Source of the DNA: Utricularia gibba
Taxonomy: Eukaryota; Plantae; Magnoliophyta
NCBI GenBank assembly: GCA_002189035.1
Contig: NEEC01000010.1
Location: 2,728,001 to 2,792,000 of the forward strand
DNA: 64,000 nucleotides
Direction of reading: 5' to 3'
In this document: positions 13,570 through 25,956 of the stretch, one piece after another
How positions within the stretch are numbered: position 1 is the first letter of the stretch
Layout of the letters: the number at the start of each line of letters is the position of its first letter
Translations under genes and position numbers: made by a program
Notes under the pieces: generated by a model
Databases searched by the model: none
What the model was told of the DNA's origin: nothing
The model's input: the letters and a program-made list of their open reading frames with translations, nothing else

Positions 13570-15096
13570 GGGAAGAGATCCTCAATGGACTTGAACATGC
13601 ATCCGTCTTCTACACTGTCTTCCAAGCTCAGACATGAACCAAAACCATGATCTCTTATGGATACAGAAATGGAAACCCACGAAAGGAAGATCTACGTGGT
13701 TCAGAAATTTGCATACAAGGAACGTCGTTGCTGCATGCCCACTCCCACTCCCACGGCTCATTCTCCTCCAGCCTTGCAGGGATTGCAGAGCTGCTTTCTG
13801 GGTCCATCTGATAATGCAAAAAGTGTTCCCGCAATCACAAGCTGTATTGCAGGCCAGAAACCCTGAAAGTGGCATGTTGTTTAGGCAGCAGTCTTCGATC
13901 ACCACTAGCTCATCTCCAAACTATGCATGTGTTAGGTGGTTACTGAGCTGAATCTACTGCTTAGCTGCTACAAAACAACGTAGAAGATGTGGAGGTCGAC
14001 GATGGCGTGAAACACGAACCATAATATAATACCCCATTTCTGTGAAGTCTAAACTAGTGTCTTATAAAAGCAATATGATATGAATTTTTAATGTAAACAA
14101 ATTGACGGAAATCGCCAATCTATGAAGCATATGCATTAATTGTATGTTCTCGTTTCATTAATTCATATGCTTAGTGAATTAATGCACTACAGTGACCGTA
14201 ACACAGTCTCTAGGGACAGCTACGGAAATGGGAAAGCCAGGCCACTTGCTTTTGGAATCTCTGACCTTTAGACATCGCGAAGGTTTAATCCATTCTCTTG
14301 GTGATTCAAGATAACATAAACTAAAGAATGACATCATGATTAGGTGCTAGGTAAGAATTATCAGTGCTGAAAATGTTTTTTTTTTTTTGACGCCAAGGAG
14401 CTGTGAAAGATGGCTTTCACCAGTAAGCACTTTTTCTGGTCTGCCCTCAGTCAATGGAAACCAATCTGCCAAGTTGTTTGAATTCGCATCATCTACCAGG
14501 CAGAGAGGTAATACACAAACATTCTATCATAACTTCTCGTTTCCCATTAGCAGCATAAACCAAAGTGAATACTAATGTGTGTTTATGTAATGTTGTTTCG
14601 GGTTCCGGAATCGAGTTCTAATTCTCAAATTTCAAAAGTATAAGCATGATAAGGATGATGAACTAGCATGTGAGGTACAAGCTTATTGTTCATCCCTTGG
14701 GATGATCCTAAAGCACATGTGGGATCACTTATTTTTAAACATAGAATCAAATTTGAAGTTTAGGGGATGAATGAATAGAGCAAGCTAAGTAATTATGGTA
14801 CTTGTTTTCCTTCAAACTACATAATTGTATTTCATCTCTAACCATTTTGCCTACATGGGAATATTTTTTTTCACCTCAACTTATAGGTAGCCCCTATCTC
14901 CCTTAAAATAATGGCAAATGTATAAATTCAATATTGAATTTATTAAGATGAAGACTGGCTGGTTAAGTATCAGCATGATCCAAGGGCTATGGCCTAGACC
15001 TTGTAATAAACTATACTTTTCAAATAACATCTTCAAGATTTGCCAGCCTTGATCCATTTTTCTTCTCCTCATGCTTCTCTCAAGTTGAAACTTTCC

Positions 15097-16315
15097 ATGG
15101 AGGCCAAGAACATGAAGCTTGAGGGTGATAACTCACCGGAAATTCCAAACGGCAATCATCCTTGGCGATCGGTCCTGCGGGATGCGAAGACAACCTCCTC
15201 GAAACGAAGGTGTGTGTTAGATGGATTACTTTGAGCCTTTGGATTCACAGCATGATCCTCAATGGTTTTTGTTTCTAAATGATCTTTGGGAAAGTAGATG
15301 GACTTAGGGGGATTGGTTTCAGTCACTTACTATGGCTATTTCAGTGGATTCCTAAATTTTGTTACATGGGAATTGTTCCAATCAATTGATGCTTGAATTT
15401 CAAAGAGGGAAGAGGGAGAGTCTTGTTCTTGTTCTTGAAAATTAGTTGAAAACTTCCTGTGTTGGGCAGTAGAAAAGGCATACAAAAACGAGTAGTTTCC
15501 ATACCATTCAAAGAACTCGAAGGGCTCCGCCTGAAAGGAGACCAGATGAGTTCTCCCCCACCGGATTCGTGGGCGTGGCGGAAGTACGGCCAGAAACCGA
15601 TCAAAGGTTCTCCTTATCCAAGGTGAATTTTTTTCATTCATATGCGCCTGAGATGGAAATTTGAAATGGGAATCGAAATCACCATTAATCCATGTTGCCT
15701 TGTAAACTAGGATAGTGATGGTAGTTTCTGGTACGTAGGGGTTATTATAGGTGCAGTAGCTCAAAGGGATGTCCAGCAAGAAAACAAGTCGAGAGAAGCT
15801 GTGTCGATCCGAGCATGCTGCTTGTAACATACACTTGCGATCACAACCATCCCTGTCCGGCAACCTTGAGATCTAATTCGCACAACTTCAATGCTTCCAA
15901 AACTGTCACAACCATGGAGGAGGATGAAGAAGAGCAAGAAGAGGAAGAAGAAGAAGGAGAAGAAGAAGAAAAGAATAAACCTCGGAAGGAGATTGATCAT
16001 ATTGTGTCTGAAGAGCCACCGCCGTTGATCAATGCCACTGACTACTGGTGGTTTGCAGATTTTGAGCCGGCCAGTTGCATCGATGCGGTGGACATTCCGG
16101 CGGGTTGCGTGGACGACAACGAAAAGGACATGGCCATGATCCTCACAATGCGAGAGGAGGATGAACCCCTTTTCGCCGATCTCGGCGAGTTGCCCGAGTG
16201 CTCGACTGTTTTCCGGCGTGGGATGGCGGATCAGCGCCCCGCTGGAGATTCTTCACCTCCGGCAGCAGGGAGCTTCCACTTGGCTACAACTATGGTATCT
16301 TCAGGTCATGAGTAA
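15097..16315 (+). CDS. WRKY transcription factor, group IIe (WRKY65-like), 3 exons, with an acidic Glu tract
   Basis: QKRVVSIP...[22 protein letters not shown]|[20 protein letters not shown]...[10 protein letters not shown] (C2H2 finger). C-terminal [19 protein letters not shown]. Confidence 0.93.
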
Positions 16316-17480
16316 ATAATTCTACATTATTAATTAATTGTTTCTTCATATACAAAATAAATTCGACACTTGAAAAAAAAAAAAAGAACTACCAATTCTA
16401 GTACAAGTTTTGTAGCTACAACTTCATACTCCATTCATGTTTAACTCTCTTTTAGCTAGCTAGCTATTCTCATACAAATTTCACAAACATTATTATGATC
16501 AATAAACGTGCATAGTCGATGATTGTGATCAAAAGTGAACATGTTTAACACATTAGACAAATTGATTTCACTAAAATTAAATGAACGAATATAACAAAAT
16601 GATCAAACTAAATCATTATATCAAATACGATATTACAAATATGAATCATATCGAAACATGGGGATAATGTTCCCTTTAGAATACAAAGGTGTTTCCAAAA
16701 GACTCTCCTCAAAAACCCATTCAAGATAACTTTGTATTATTTCTTAAGTACATTTCAAATCATGGAAAAGTTATTTATAGATAAATGAGTTTTCATGAAT
16801 CTCGAATATAATATGAATAATATGTTGAAATTTGGTATATTAACATAATACAAAATTATGAATATCTCAAATATTTGAGATATTTTAACTCCTTTGGATA
16901 AAAAAATATCTTTATTGGGCTTATGCCTATAAATTTATCCGACTTGTTTTGGATAAAGTGCACTCGCAGTGCAGACAGATGGAATGATTCTATAAATAGA
17001 AACTGGAAATAGGTTCTAAGAAACATTTTAGGTAAGAATGTATCTATTGAGAGTTATGAAGCCGGGCTCGACCATGACAGGGAGATAGAGGTAACATTTA
17101 GAAATTATCAGAATCAATTTTATTTAGAATGATTATTAATAAAATTGATCATGTTTTCCAAATGTATATTAAATTCTATTTTACAAGAATTAATTTTTAA
17201 GAATCAATTCACTTCACTTTAGCTTCAAGTAAGCTATCGACTTGTAGTAAAGTTGGTACTTCCTAATGATTGTGGTGTCTTGGAATTGGATTGCGAAGCC
17301 CACCTTGGTAATACATGTCACAGACATTGCAGTAGAGTATTCGAAACCAAAGAATTAGACTGGATGATTAATCAAACCATATCTTATTACATAATTCAAA
17401 TTAAGATCATAACATTGACATCATACGTCAGTCCTTGATTTCTATGAGCTGCTGTGTATGGCTTGATGTGAAGCAAACGA

Positions 17481-17531
17481 AACCCACATCGACAATGGAT
17501 GTGAGCTGCATTTGCTTGTATGCTATAAATA
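17481..17531 (+). promoter_or_regulatory. Putative snRNA-type promoter: USE-like AACCCACATCG plus TATAAATA
   Basis: The exact USE core CCCACATCG ends at 17491 and TATAAATA starts at 17524, a 32-nt gap that fits the Pol II snRNA spacing range. One mismatch to the RTCCCACATCG consensus. Confidence 0.4.
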
Positions 17532-18006
17532 TTGCCGGGATGGGCGCATTTATTTTACTTGATGGGCCCACGCGTGGCTCCCGCGAAGGAAAGAAACGTG
17601 TAGGCCGGGAGGTCGGCTCTGGCTTCTAATATTTTGCTATCTACCCGTCCCATCAATCACGGCCGTCGGCTCTGCCCTCGGGCCCACATGATTGGTTTAT
17701 TTGCATACAGGCCACGCGCCGTCGTGTGACCTAAGCGTGGAAATTCATAATTTCTTCGTAGAATGGTTTGGGAGTATTCTTTTTTGATAATTTATTTAGT
17801 TATTCTTTTTATATTAAAATTATAAATTGAGATTTTGATATTCATTTTAGAAGTTACTGATTTTTTTGAATTTTTTATAATTAAATAAGAACTTAATTAA
17901 AAAAGTATGTTATTTACTTATACTATCAACTTTTATAATATAATATATATTTTTTTTTATAATTTTAAAATAAATTTAAGTTACAAAACATTATCTGTAA
18001 ATACAG

Positions 18007-19294
18007 CTAAAATATTACAATTTGTCTGTCGCCCGGCGCGTGATATGAACCATCATGGAGCAGATACACCTGGCTCTGCACCACCGTGGTGCCCATTTTG
18101 AACCCCGGCACCACCGTGAACGCCACTTTCGAATCGGCGCCCGCAAAATCGCCGGTTACGCTCTCCATATACACATCCGAAAACCTGGTGTCCCTCTGAA
18201 CTTGAAATGCGCTAATTCGATCATCGAAGCTGAAGCTCGCCAAGCAATTCAGAAGCCAAAAGCGTCTCCCCATTTCACGATATGCCTTGAAGAAATCCGT
18301 TTCCGGGAACTCCCCTGAATCCACCATTTTCCTCTGGTTCAAGTTACCGAAGAAGGAGAATTCCATTTTCGGATGAATCAAGTTCAAGTACTTGCATTTC
18401 AAGAACTTCCCAAACGAAGAAGAAGATGATGAAGAGCTTGGATTCTTCTTCAGAAATTCCATCACATTTTCATCCTTCAACAATACTTCCTCCGACGGAG
18501 AATCGTCGTACCCATACAGAGAACTGTTGAACCCAGATAGCATTTCCCCGCAGACGAATGCTTCGAAAGCGAAAATCAAATGATTTGGTTTCAAGAAAAC
18601 TGTGTTCGGGTGAAGCAGATTGGCAATAGACTGAACATCCCAATTGGCAGACTCCATTTCTCGAATCAGTAGCTTGGCAAAACATCGAACAGATCTCAGG
18701 CAATATTTCAAAACGAAGGTAAAATCACTGGGACTCAATCTTGGGGAGAGTAGGCCAGCGATCCACCCCAACGGCTTTCAATCTCCGGTTCTCTTCATCC
18801 AGGCGTTGTCTGAGAGCCAATACTCTGGCACCCATACTTTCATGCTCTGCCCTCATTTTCCGGATCGTAATTTTGAACGTTTTCATCAGCGACTGCTGTT
18901 CTCGAATCTCGGCGAGCGTCAACGTTACATGAGGTGGAGAAGTATCGATCTCTTTCTTAAGGAAACTCTGCTTCAGCTCGGAAAGCGAATTGAGCTCTTC
19001 GACAAGGAGTCGATCGGCGACTTGGATGGCAGCGGCGTCGAAGGGGAACTGGGCGAGTTGGAGTTCGGCGTAGGCGGCTTTGAAAGCGGAAACGGACGCG
19101 AAAAGCTTCGCGATGAAGGCGACCTCCGCGGAGGCCTCGTGGGCTTGGTTCTGCATTTCCGAGAACGGGGCCTTCTCCTTCTCCAGCGGGGCAACCAATG
19201 GGGAGAACCAGGGATGCCGTGCTGCCTTCCCTTTTCGAACTGCTTTCGAAAAGATTGCTGAGTGAGGATGAGCTTTGGAGGTCGGAGGATCCAT
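18007..19294 (-). CDS. GRAVITROPIC IN THE LIGHT 1-like / DUF641 coiled-coil protein, intronless, with one net frameshift near 18770
   Basis: ORF 18725..19360 carries AFIAKLFASVSAFKAAYAELQLAQFPFDAAAIQVADRLLVEELNSLSELKQSF. The overlapping ORF 18007..18771 carries FAKLLIREMESANWD, FAFEAFVC, FFGNLNQR, YMESV and VAFTVVPGFKMGTTVVQSQVYL. Confidence 0.85.
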
Positions 19295-20595
19295 CAAATC
19301 GGAAATTCTTCCTAACAAACCACGCAGGAATACACGCAGATCGCCGATCACGACCACCATTAATTCCGGAACTCCCCCGCCCAGTTGGTAATATGAATTA
19401 ACTAGTTAGATTTAGAATACAATTTTTTTTAATAAATAAAAGTATCCAATTTTATTTATATTATTTAAAATAGAATTAATGTTTCAATCAATAAAATGTT
19501 TTCTGATTTATTATAAAACGATTAAAAATTAAATAGAATAAATTTAATAAAATATAAAAATAAAACATTACTTAATATTAATTTAATACCATAAAATCAT
19601 AAAAATTAAATAATTAAAACAAATAACATCCTACAACACACGTGGTAGGGGTGTGAACTTGGTATCAAAAATCCACAATCCAATAAAAAATGAAGAAATC
19701 TTTTTTATATGAACTTGGTGTGTCCATCTTCTCTTGTGTGGATCCACCAAATGCTAATATCCTGCTACTATATGTGTGAAGCCATAGCAGAAGAGACCAA
19801 AATATACCCACAAGATGATAAGAAAGAAGAAACAAAATTGGATAGAAATGGACTGGTTCAAAGAGCATCAAAGAAGTTCCCCATTTTGTGTGTGAAACCA
19901 CTGGATGACAAAGATGGACAGAACAGTAGAGGTAGACATCCATATGACATGGGGTGTGAAAGTGTTTAAGGGATTCTCACATTCTTGTGTGTGTAATCAA
20001 ACATTCATACTTGCTTCATCCCAGAAATTCAGACACTTGAGTCAAACTACCAAACCTGACCTTAATGATTCAAAACTCTTGGATTGCTCATCCTGCCGAC
20101 TTCAATGGGACTCACTCTATAACAGACAACCATGTAACCTGGATTCTGTGTGAACCCAACCAACCCCACGGTGTCTCAATACTGTCTCATGTTATAAGAA
20201 CAAGGAAAACATGTTGCCGTACAATTTGGGAGTGGAGCCTCCGAATCTCATGTAAATTCACCTGTTTAGGACAAAGGGTGACGACACAAGACTTGGAGAT
20301 GGTAATAAACAGATGTGGGTCTGATCTGTGAGCACAATTCCCATAAAAAGTTGTCTCCAAAAGAACAAGTTACAGAGAGAGAATACAGTCGTCCTGCCCT
20401 GCGTCCACCATGAAAACAAGGTGTCGGGTATGTCCTCGTGCATAGCAATAAGATGGGTGGGCCGTTGTCCACAACTCTCTCACAACTATTGGAATGGAAC
20501 CATGGTAATCAACGTTACAAACTTTTAAACCAATGCAACTAACTAAAGATGGACGTGTGTGATGCATCTATTTACAGCATCACTACAGATATACC

Positions 20596-22783
20596 TCACG
20601 ATGGCAACTTCAGCTTTGCATTGTTTTTCCAACTGCCGGAAAAGAAAACTTATTAGATATCAGCAGAATTTAAAAGTATACCAAGGAACGAGTGGATTAT
20701 GATTTTCAAAGGCACCTGATGAAGTAATAGTAGAAGAAGTCTGCATAAAGAGCTGTCTGGACAAGCCCAGAAACGACCGCTGAGGGATAAAAAAAAAAAA
20801 AAAAGAAGAAGCAGAGTCAAATGTAAGAGCCAGCAGAATATCAGTAATGACTAACTAATTTCCATCACTTACAAATCCATCGGCCAAAATGTGCTTCAGT
20901 GAAATATCGGTATATCCAGTTCAGGATGTAAAATCCACGATACGCGCTGCAAGCAGTAGGTGCACTGAATGTTATCTCATGATTTCTTGCCCATATTTAA
21001 AGCAACAGATTTTATTAGGTGAAGAGAGAAGCCAATAATACATAACAAAAAAATCGCTAGTTTCCAATAAACAATGGTTCAATACTCTACAGTGTTTTCC
21101 CGCAGTGAGAGGCACTGGAAAATCACTATTCATGGTCAGATAAACACATAAAGTGAAAAGCTCATGCTCTTTATTTCATATCAATAGTGGCCGCCTATAT
21201 CCTCCGCTTAAGGACCTAGATTTATCATTAAGCTATATCAGTCAACAAACCTTTCTCTCAAATTCAACACATTTCAAGTTAAAAGATGGAAACTCCAGAT
21301 CATGTCATACTCATAACAGGCGTAATATTCAAACAATCAAAGATGTACATTTATTTGTCCACTCAGCTTAAAACAAAATGCTTCATTCATATTCATCATT
21401 ACACAGATATACTACCAAGGAAGGACTCTTACTATCATAACTGGTGTGGATTAAATGGCTAATCAGTAAGCAAACTAAACTGCAGTGAAACAAATAAAGC
21501 CACACTATCCAAATAAACAGGACAGCGATTTCATCAGCCTATGCTGCTAGAAGAGCAAATTACCCTAGAAAGAAAACGTATTTTCCTGTCAAATTGTCCA
21601 CATTTCCACTTCTTTGCAATAGCACCAACTGCGGTAAAATTGCAACTGCCTCCAAGTATATCGAAAACGTCCAAAGTATCTGAAACATAGTCGAAATAAA
21701 TTAAGGAGGCATTCCAAACAAAAATTCGATATGTTGGATTCAAAATCCATCTCATCCACGGTCCAAGAATAGGAAATATGAAAAGATGACAGCAACTAAT
21801 AGATAAGGAATTATATCTTGAATCATGTGTTTGAAGCACTACTTTAGTATGCACCCAATGTAACAAATGGATTTATTCATGCAGGGTACATTGCAAATTC
21901 CTTAGAATACACCCATTTGACGCTGGGGATTTAGAGATCCTAACTCTGATAGTAACACTGAAGCATTAAACTGACAGGAAATTTCCTGTATTCAGTTCAA
22001 ACGAGTGCTCGAAAAAAATTAGAATAAGTTGAAATAATTCGATCCTGGGAAAACTGACCTCCTGAAATGAGAACTTCTCATGAATAAGAAGCCCTAAAAG
22101 CAAACTAGCTCCCACAAGAAAATAGTGCCTGAATGTATCAAGCTGACGGTCATAGGATCGCTTTACAACATGATGAAACCTCATCCACCATACAATTGCC
22201 AGAGAACTACCAATGAACACAAGCTTCATCACAGTATTATAAACTGAAATGAAGTCTGTGAACAAATCAAGGTAGCGAGCGAGGAATACAATTGCATACA
22301 GTTCCTGCGTCTTCAATGAAATACCTGGACGAAATATAGAAGACAAACACAAAATCACACTTTTAAGTTTCACATGAAGGCTTGTAAAGCATGATGATTA
22401 ATAACGCCCCCAAACAGAAATCTGAGCACACTTGCAAATAAAAAAGTCAAGATATTTAAATTGAGATTACGCAAAAAAAAAAGATAACAGTGTCAGCAGA
22501 ATGTAGTCAAATCAACCGACGAATTCAAATATACATATAGACGTATCAAGCTATATCACATGGCATTGATTCAAATTTCTGGCTCAAGGTACCGAATTGC
22601 ATTGCAGTACAGCATCAAAAAACCTAATGGGCTGTATAATAAAGAAAAAATATGAAATAACTGGCAAAAGAGACACAAAAAAAACCCCTAACCTGAGCAA
22701 GATTTCGTGGCGTAAATTTTGAGCAGCAGCACTAAAATACTGATCAAATGCGTCATATCGCCAGCAAATCTAAAGATATTCAT
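20596..22783 (-). CDS. ERD2: ER lumen protein-retaining (KDEL/HDEL) receptor, 6 exons
   Basis: Fully spliced in frame: [30 protein letters not shown]|[10 protein letters not shown]...|[32 protein letters not shown]...|[17 protein letters not shown]...|[19 protein letters not shown]|[11 protein letters not shown]. Confidence 0.95.
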
Positions 22784-23433
22784 GGCTGCAAGCCAAGTTT
22801 GAGCAGTCCAGGTAACAATTCAGAAACCAGGATGGAGAGGGCAGTTGCTCTCGCTGAATCAGTTTTGCCCCAAAGAAAGGGGAGCGCGAAATCCGAATTT
22901 GGTCCCCAGATTACGCCAAAACCACATTTTTGGCCTCATAAATTTAAAAATTCAACTTCTGGCCCAATTCTCAAGCTTGGAAAATTTTTGTTGCATTATG
23001 CAATAATAAAATTATGAGTTTTAATCCAAATTAATAAATAAATGGAAAAATATGTTTAATATTTATTCAATAATTTTTAATTATTGGAACCGCATTTTTT
23101 TAAAAAAAATCTCCTATATTCGAAATTCCAGATTAAAGAAAATAAAAAAGAAAATGGAGCAAACGCGGACATCCATGAATTTGGTCAACTCCGTCGTCAT
23201 GAGTCATTAGACCAGCAACGCCGACGCAGCTTCCTGAAGTTGTCACTTGTCACCCTCCTGGAGAAACTGCGGTGGAAGCCTCCCGACAACGAGAAGCCCT
23301 TACGCGGATTCTCGATCCCACCACTTCTATAAAAAACACATGCTGGGTTTTCTACTAGCTCTTGTTTTTTGTTCTTGCATTTTTCGCATTCTTTAAGATT
23401 CTTTCCCTCGTTTTTGTTTTTGTTGTTGTGGGG

Positions 23434-25532
23434 ATGAGTTCTTCAGCCATATTTGCGTGCCTGCGGAGGCGGATTTCGCCTTCCATGCTCCTGTTTCCAT
23501 CGTCCTTGGATCTAGTGGACGACTTCACTTTTGGGTGTTTGCGTGAGCTCTGTATGGAGATTGTTTCATCGTTCGATGGGAAGGTGTTTCATCGTTCCAG
23601 TCCAGCAACGCCAGATGTTTGGTTCGAAGGATTGAGGTTCTTGGTCTTCTTTTAAATGGTTTAGAAGATTACGCGGGACCTTTGAAAGAGGCTTCGAGCT
23701 CTACTTCGTTGTTCTTGAAGGAGATGTACATGCTCCTTTGCAGATACAAATTACTGATCGATTACATCAAAGGGACGAGTAAGCTGTGGTTGTTACTGCA
23801 GAATTCATCCATTTCCTGTTGCTTATATCACATGAACAAGGAGATGGTGACTGTTTTGGATGTTTTGCCTTTGAATGAGATCAAACTTCCAGTAGATGTT
23901 AAGGAACATGTACATTTGTTGGGGAAACAACTTAGAAAGTCCAAGTTGTTTGTTGATAAACATGCTGATATGCTTAGAATGAAGCTTTACTCTTTTCTGA
24001 ATGAACTTGAAGGTGGAATTATCCCTACAAAGGATGAGTTGTATGAGTTTTTTGTGGAAAAATTGGGAATACACAATGTGAAAAGCTGTAGAACCGAAAT
24101 TGAGTTCTTGGAGGAGCAAATTGTGAATCATGATGGGGTTACTGATCCAGTACCTTCTGTTCTTGATGGATTGGTAGCTTTGATGCTGTACATCAGATTC
24201 TTGTTATTTAAATTTGAGGACGAAGATGGCAAACCCAGCATGCCAAGACACAGGTTAAAGAGAGATTTAAGCTCTGCTGAGACCAACATATCTGCTTCTT
24301 TGCCAAAAGAGTTTTGCTGTCCTGTATCCTTGGATTTGATGCAGAATCCAGTGATAGTATCAACTGGGCAGACTTATGATCGAGCCTCGATTATGAAATG
24401 GATGGAGGAAGGCAACTTATCTTGCCCAAATACAGGGCAGGTGCTTGCTCATGCTCAGCTTGTGCCAAACCGAGCTCTCAGAAACTTGATATCACAGTGG
24501 TGTATGGCTAATGGGATCCGGTATCAACCACAAGAAAAAGCAGATTGTTCTCCTGAAAACTCAGTTCCTGCTAAACCAAGCAAGGCTGCAGCAGTAGCCA
24601 TCAAGGCGACAGCCTCACTGCTTGTTCAACAGCTAGAAAACGGAACACCAAGAGCCAAAACAGTGGCTGCTAAGCAGATCAGACTTTTGGCAAAATTAGG
24701 CAGGGAAAATCGTGCTTACATTGCTGAGGCTGGAGCCATTCCTTTCCTGAAGGGCCTGCTTTCCTCTGCTGATGCTTCTACGCAAGAGACTTGTATTACA
24801 GCGTTGCTCAACTTATCAATTCTTGATAACAATAAAAGCATGATAATGGATTTAGAAGGCTGTCTCTGCTCAATAGTTGAAGTCCTGAGACATGGCCAAA
24901 CAACTGATGCACGGGAGAATGCAGCAGCAACACTCTTCAGCCTATCATTTGTTCATGACTACAAAAGGCTGATTGCCGAGGAAGATGGGGCACTACCTGC
25001 CTTGATCAGCTTATTAACTGATGGCACTCCTAGAGGAAAACATGATGCTATAAAGGCATTGTTTAATCTGTCTACGCACCAGGAAAACATTACAAGAATA
25101 CTGGAATCTGAAGCTGTACCAGCAATAATCACAGCTTTAGGATTTGAAGAAGTATCCGACGCAGCTGCAGGTGTGCTCGCCATGATTGCAAAACAGCGGG
25201 AGGGAGCTGAAGCTGTTGCCGAAGAAGACTCCTCTATTGCAAGATTAACTCAAATTCTGGAATACGGGACACCAAGGGGAAAGGAGAACGCTGTGGCAAC
25301 TCTTCTTGAGCTCTGTCGACATGGGGGTATATCAACAATAGTAAGAGTATTGACAGCTCCGTCTTTAATGAATTCTTTGCATAGGTTGCTATGCAGTGGG
25401 ACGAAACGCGCTAGGAGTAAAGCGACATCCCTCGCAAGAATTATTCATAGATGTGAACAGAGCTCAATTCAGTTCTCCAGAGTTGAGTTTACCGGCGAGG
25501 TCTCGTTTGCTAGTGCAGTGCCTGTGTTGTAA
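23434..25532 (+). CDS. PUB17: U-box/ARM-repeat E3 ubiquitin ligase (PUB17/ACRE276-like), intronless, with an apparent 1-nt deletion at about 23587-23589
   Basis: N-terminus MSSSAIFACLRRRISPS resembles the conserved MASAAIFSSLRR start. U-box PKEFCCPVSLDLMQNPVIVSTGQTYDRASIMKW...CPNTGQ...LVPNRALRNLI, ARM repeats, and C-terminal SAVPVL*. Confidence 0.9.
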
Positions 25533-25956
25533 ACTAGGATGAAAAAGAAGGTGTACAGATTGAATGCAGAAAAGAATGCATTTTTTTCCAATATTTCGAT
25601 CTCTGAAATGCTTGTCAAACAACTGAGCTAGAATTATCTCCTTGCTGATGCTCTTTCTATATCAGCTCTTGTTGATCAGATACCTAAGTACAGTCATACT
25701 GCAGGTAGCTTTTCCAAGTCACAAGATTTTAAGTTTAAAAGCCAAGGGGCTATCTGAATACACTTCCAAGCAACGCCCTTAATCTACAAAGACAGTTAGT
25801 GTTCTGAAATGATTGAATCACAACGGCACACTAAGTCATCCACATGAAAAAACAAAATATCAAGCATATTTCTCGACCTTCTAAGATCCTGTAGGTAAAC
25901 GACCAGACTTGTCACAGAATGTTGTTGGATACCTATCCAAGTGGGATTGATTGGGC

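Noticed and set aside
17550-17790. Telomerase RNA interpretation of the orphan structured block
   Set aside because: The length up to the T-run is compatible, but there is no CCCTAAA-type or CCTGAA-type template and the promoter spacing is Pol II-like.
18644-19261. 205-aa plus-strand ORF, and similar antisense ORFs (e.g. 42925-43419, 43476-44021, 34085-34567, 28089-28391)
   Set aside because: These are shadow ORFs on the opposite strand of GC-rich coding exons, with no independent motifs.
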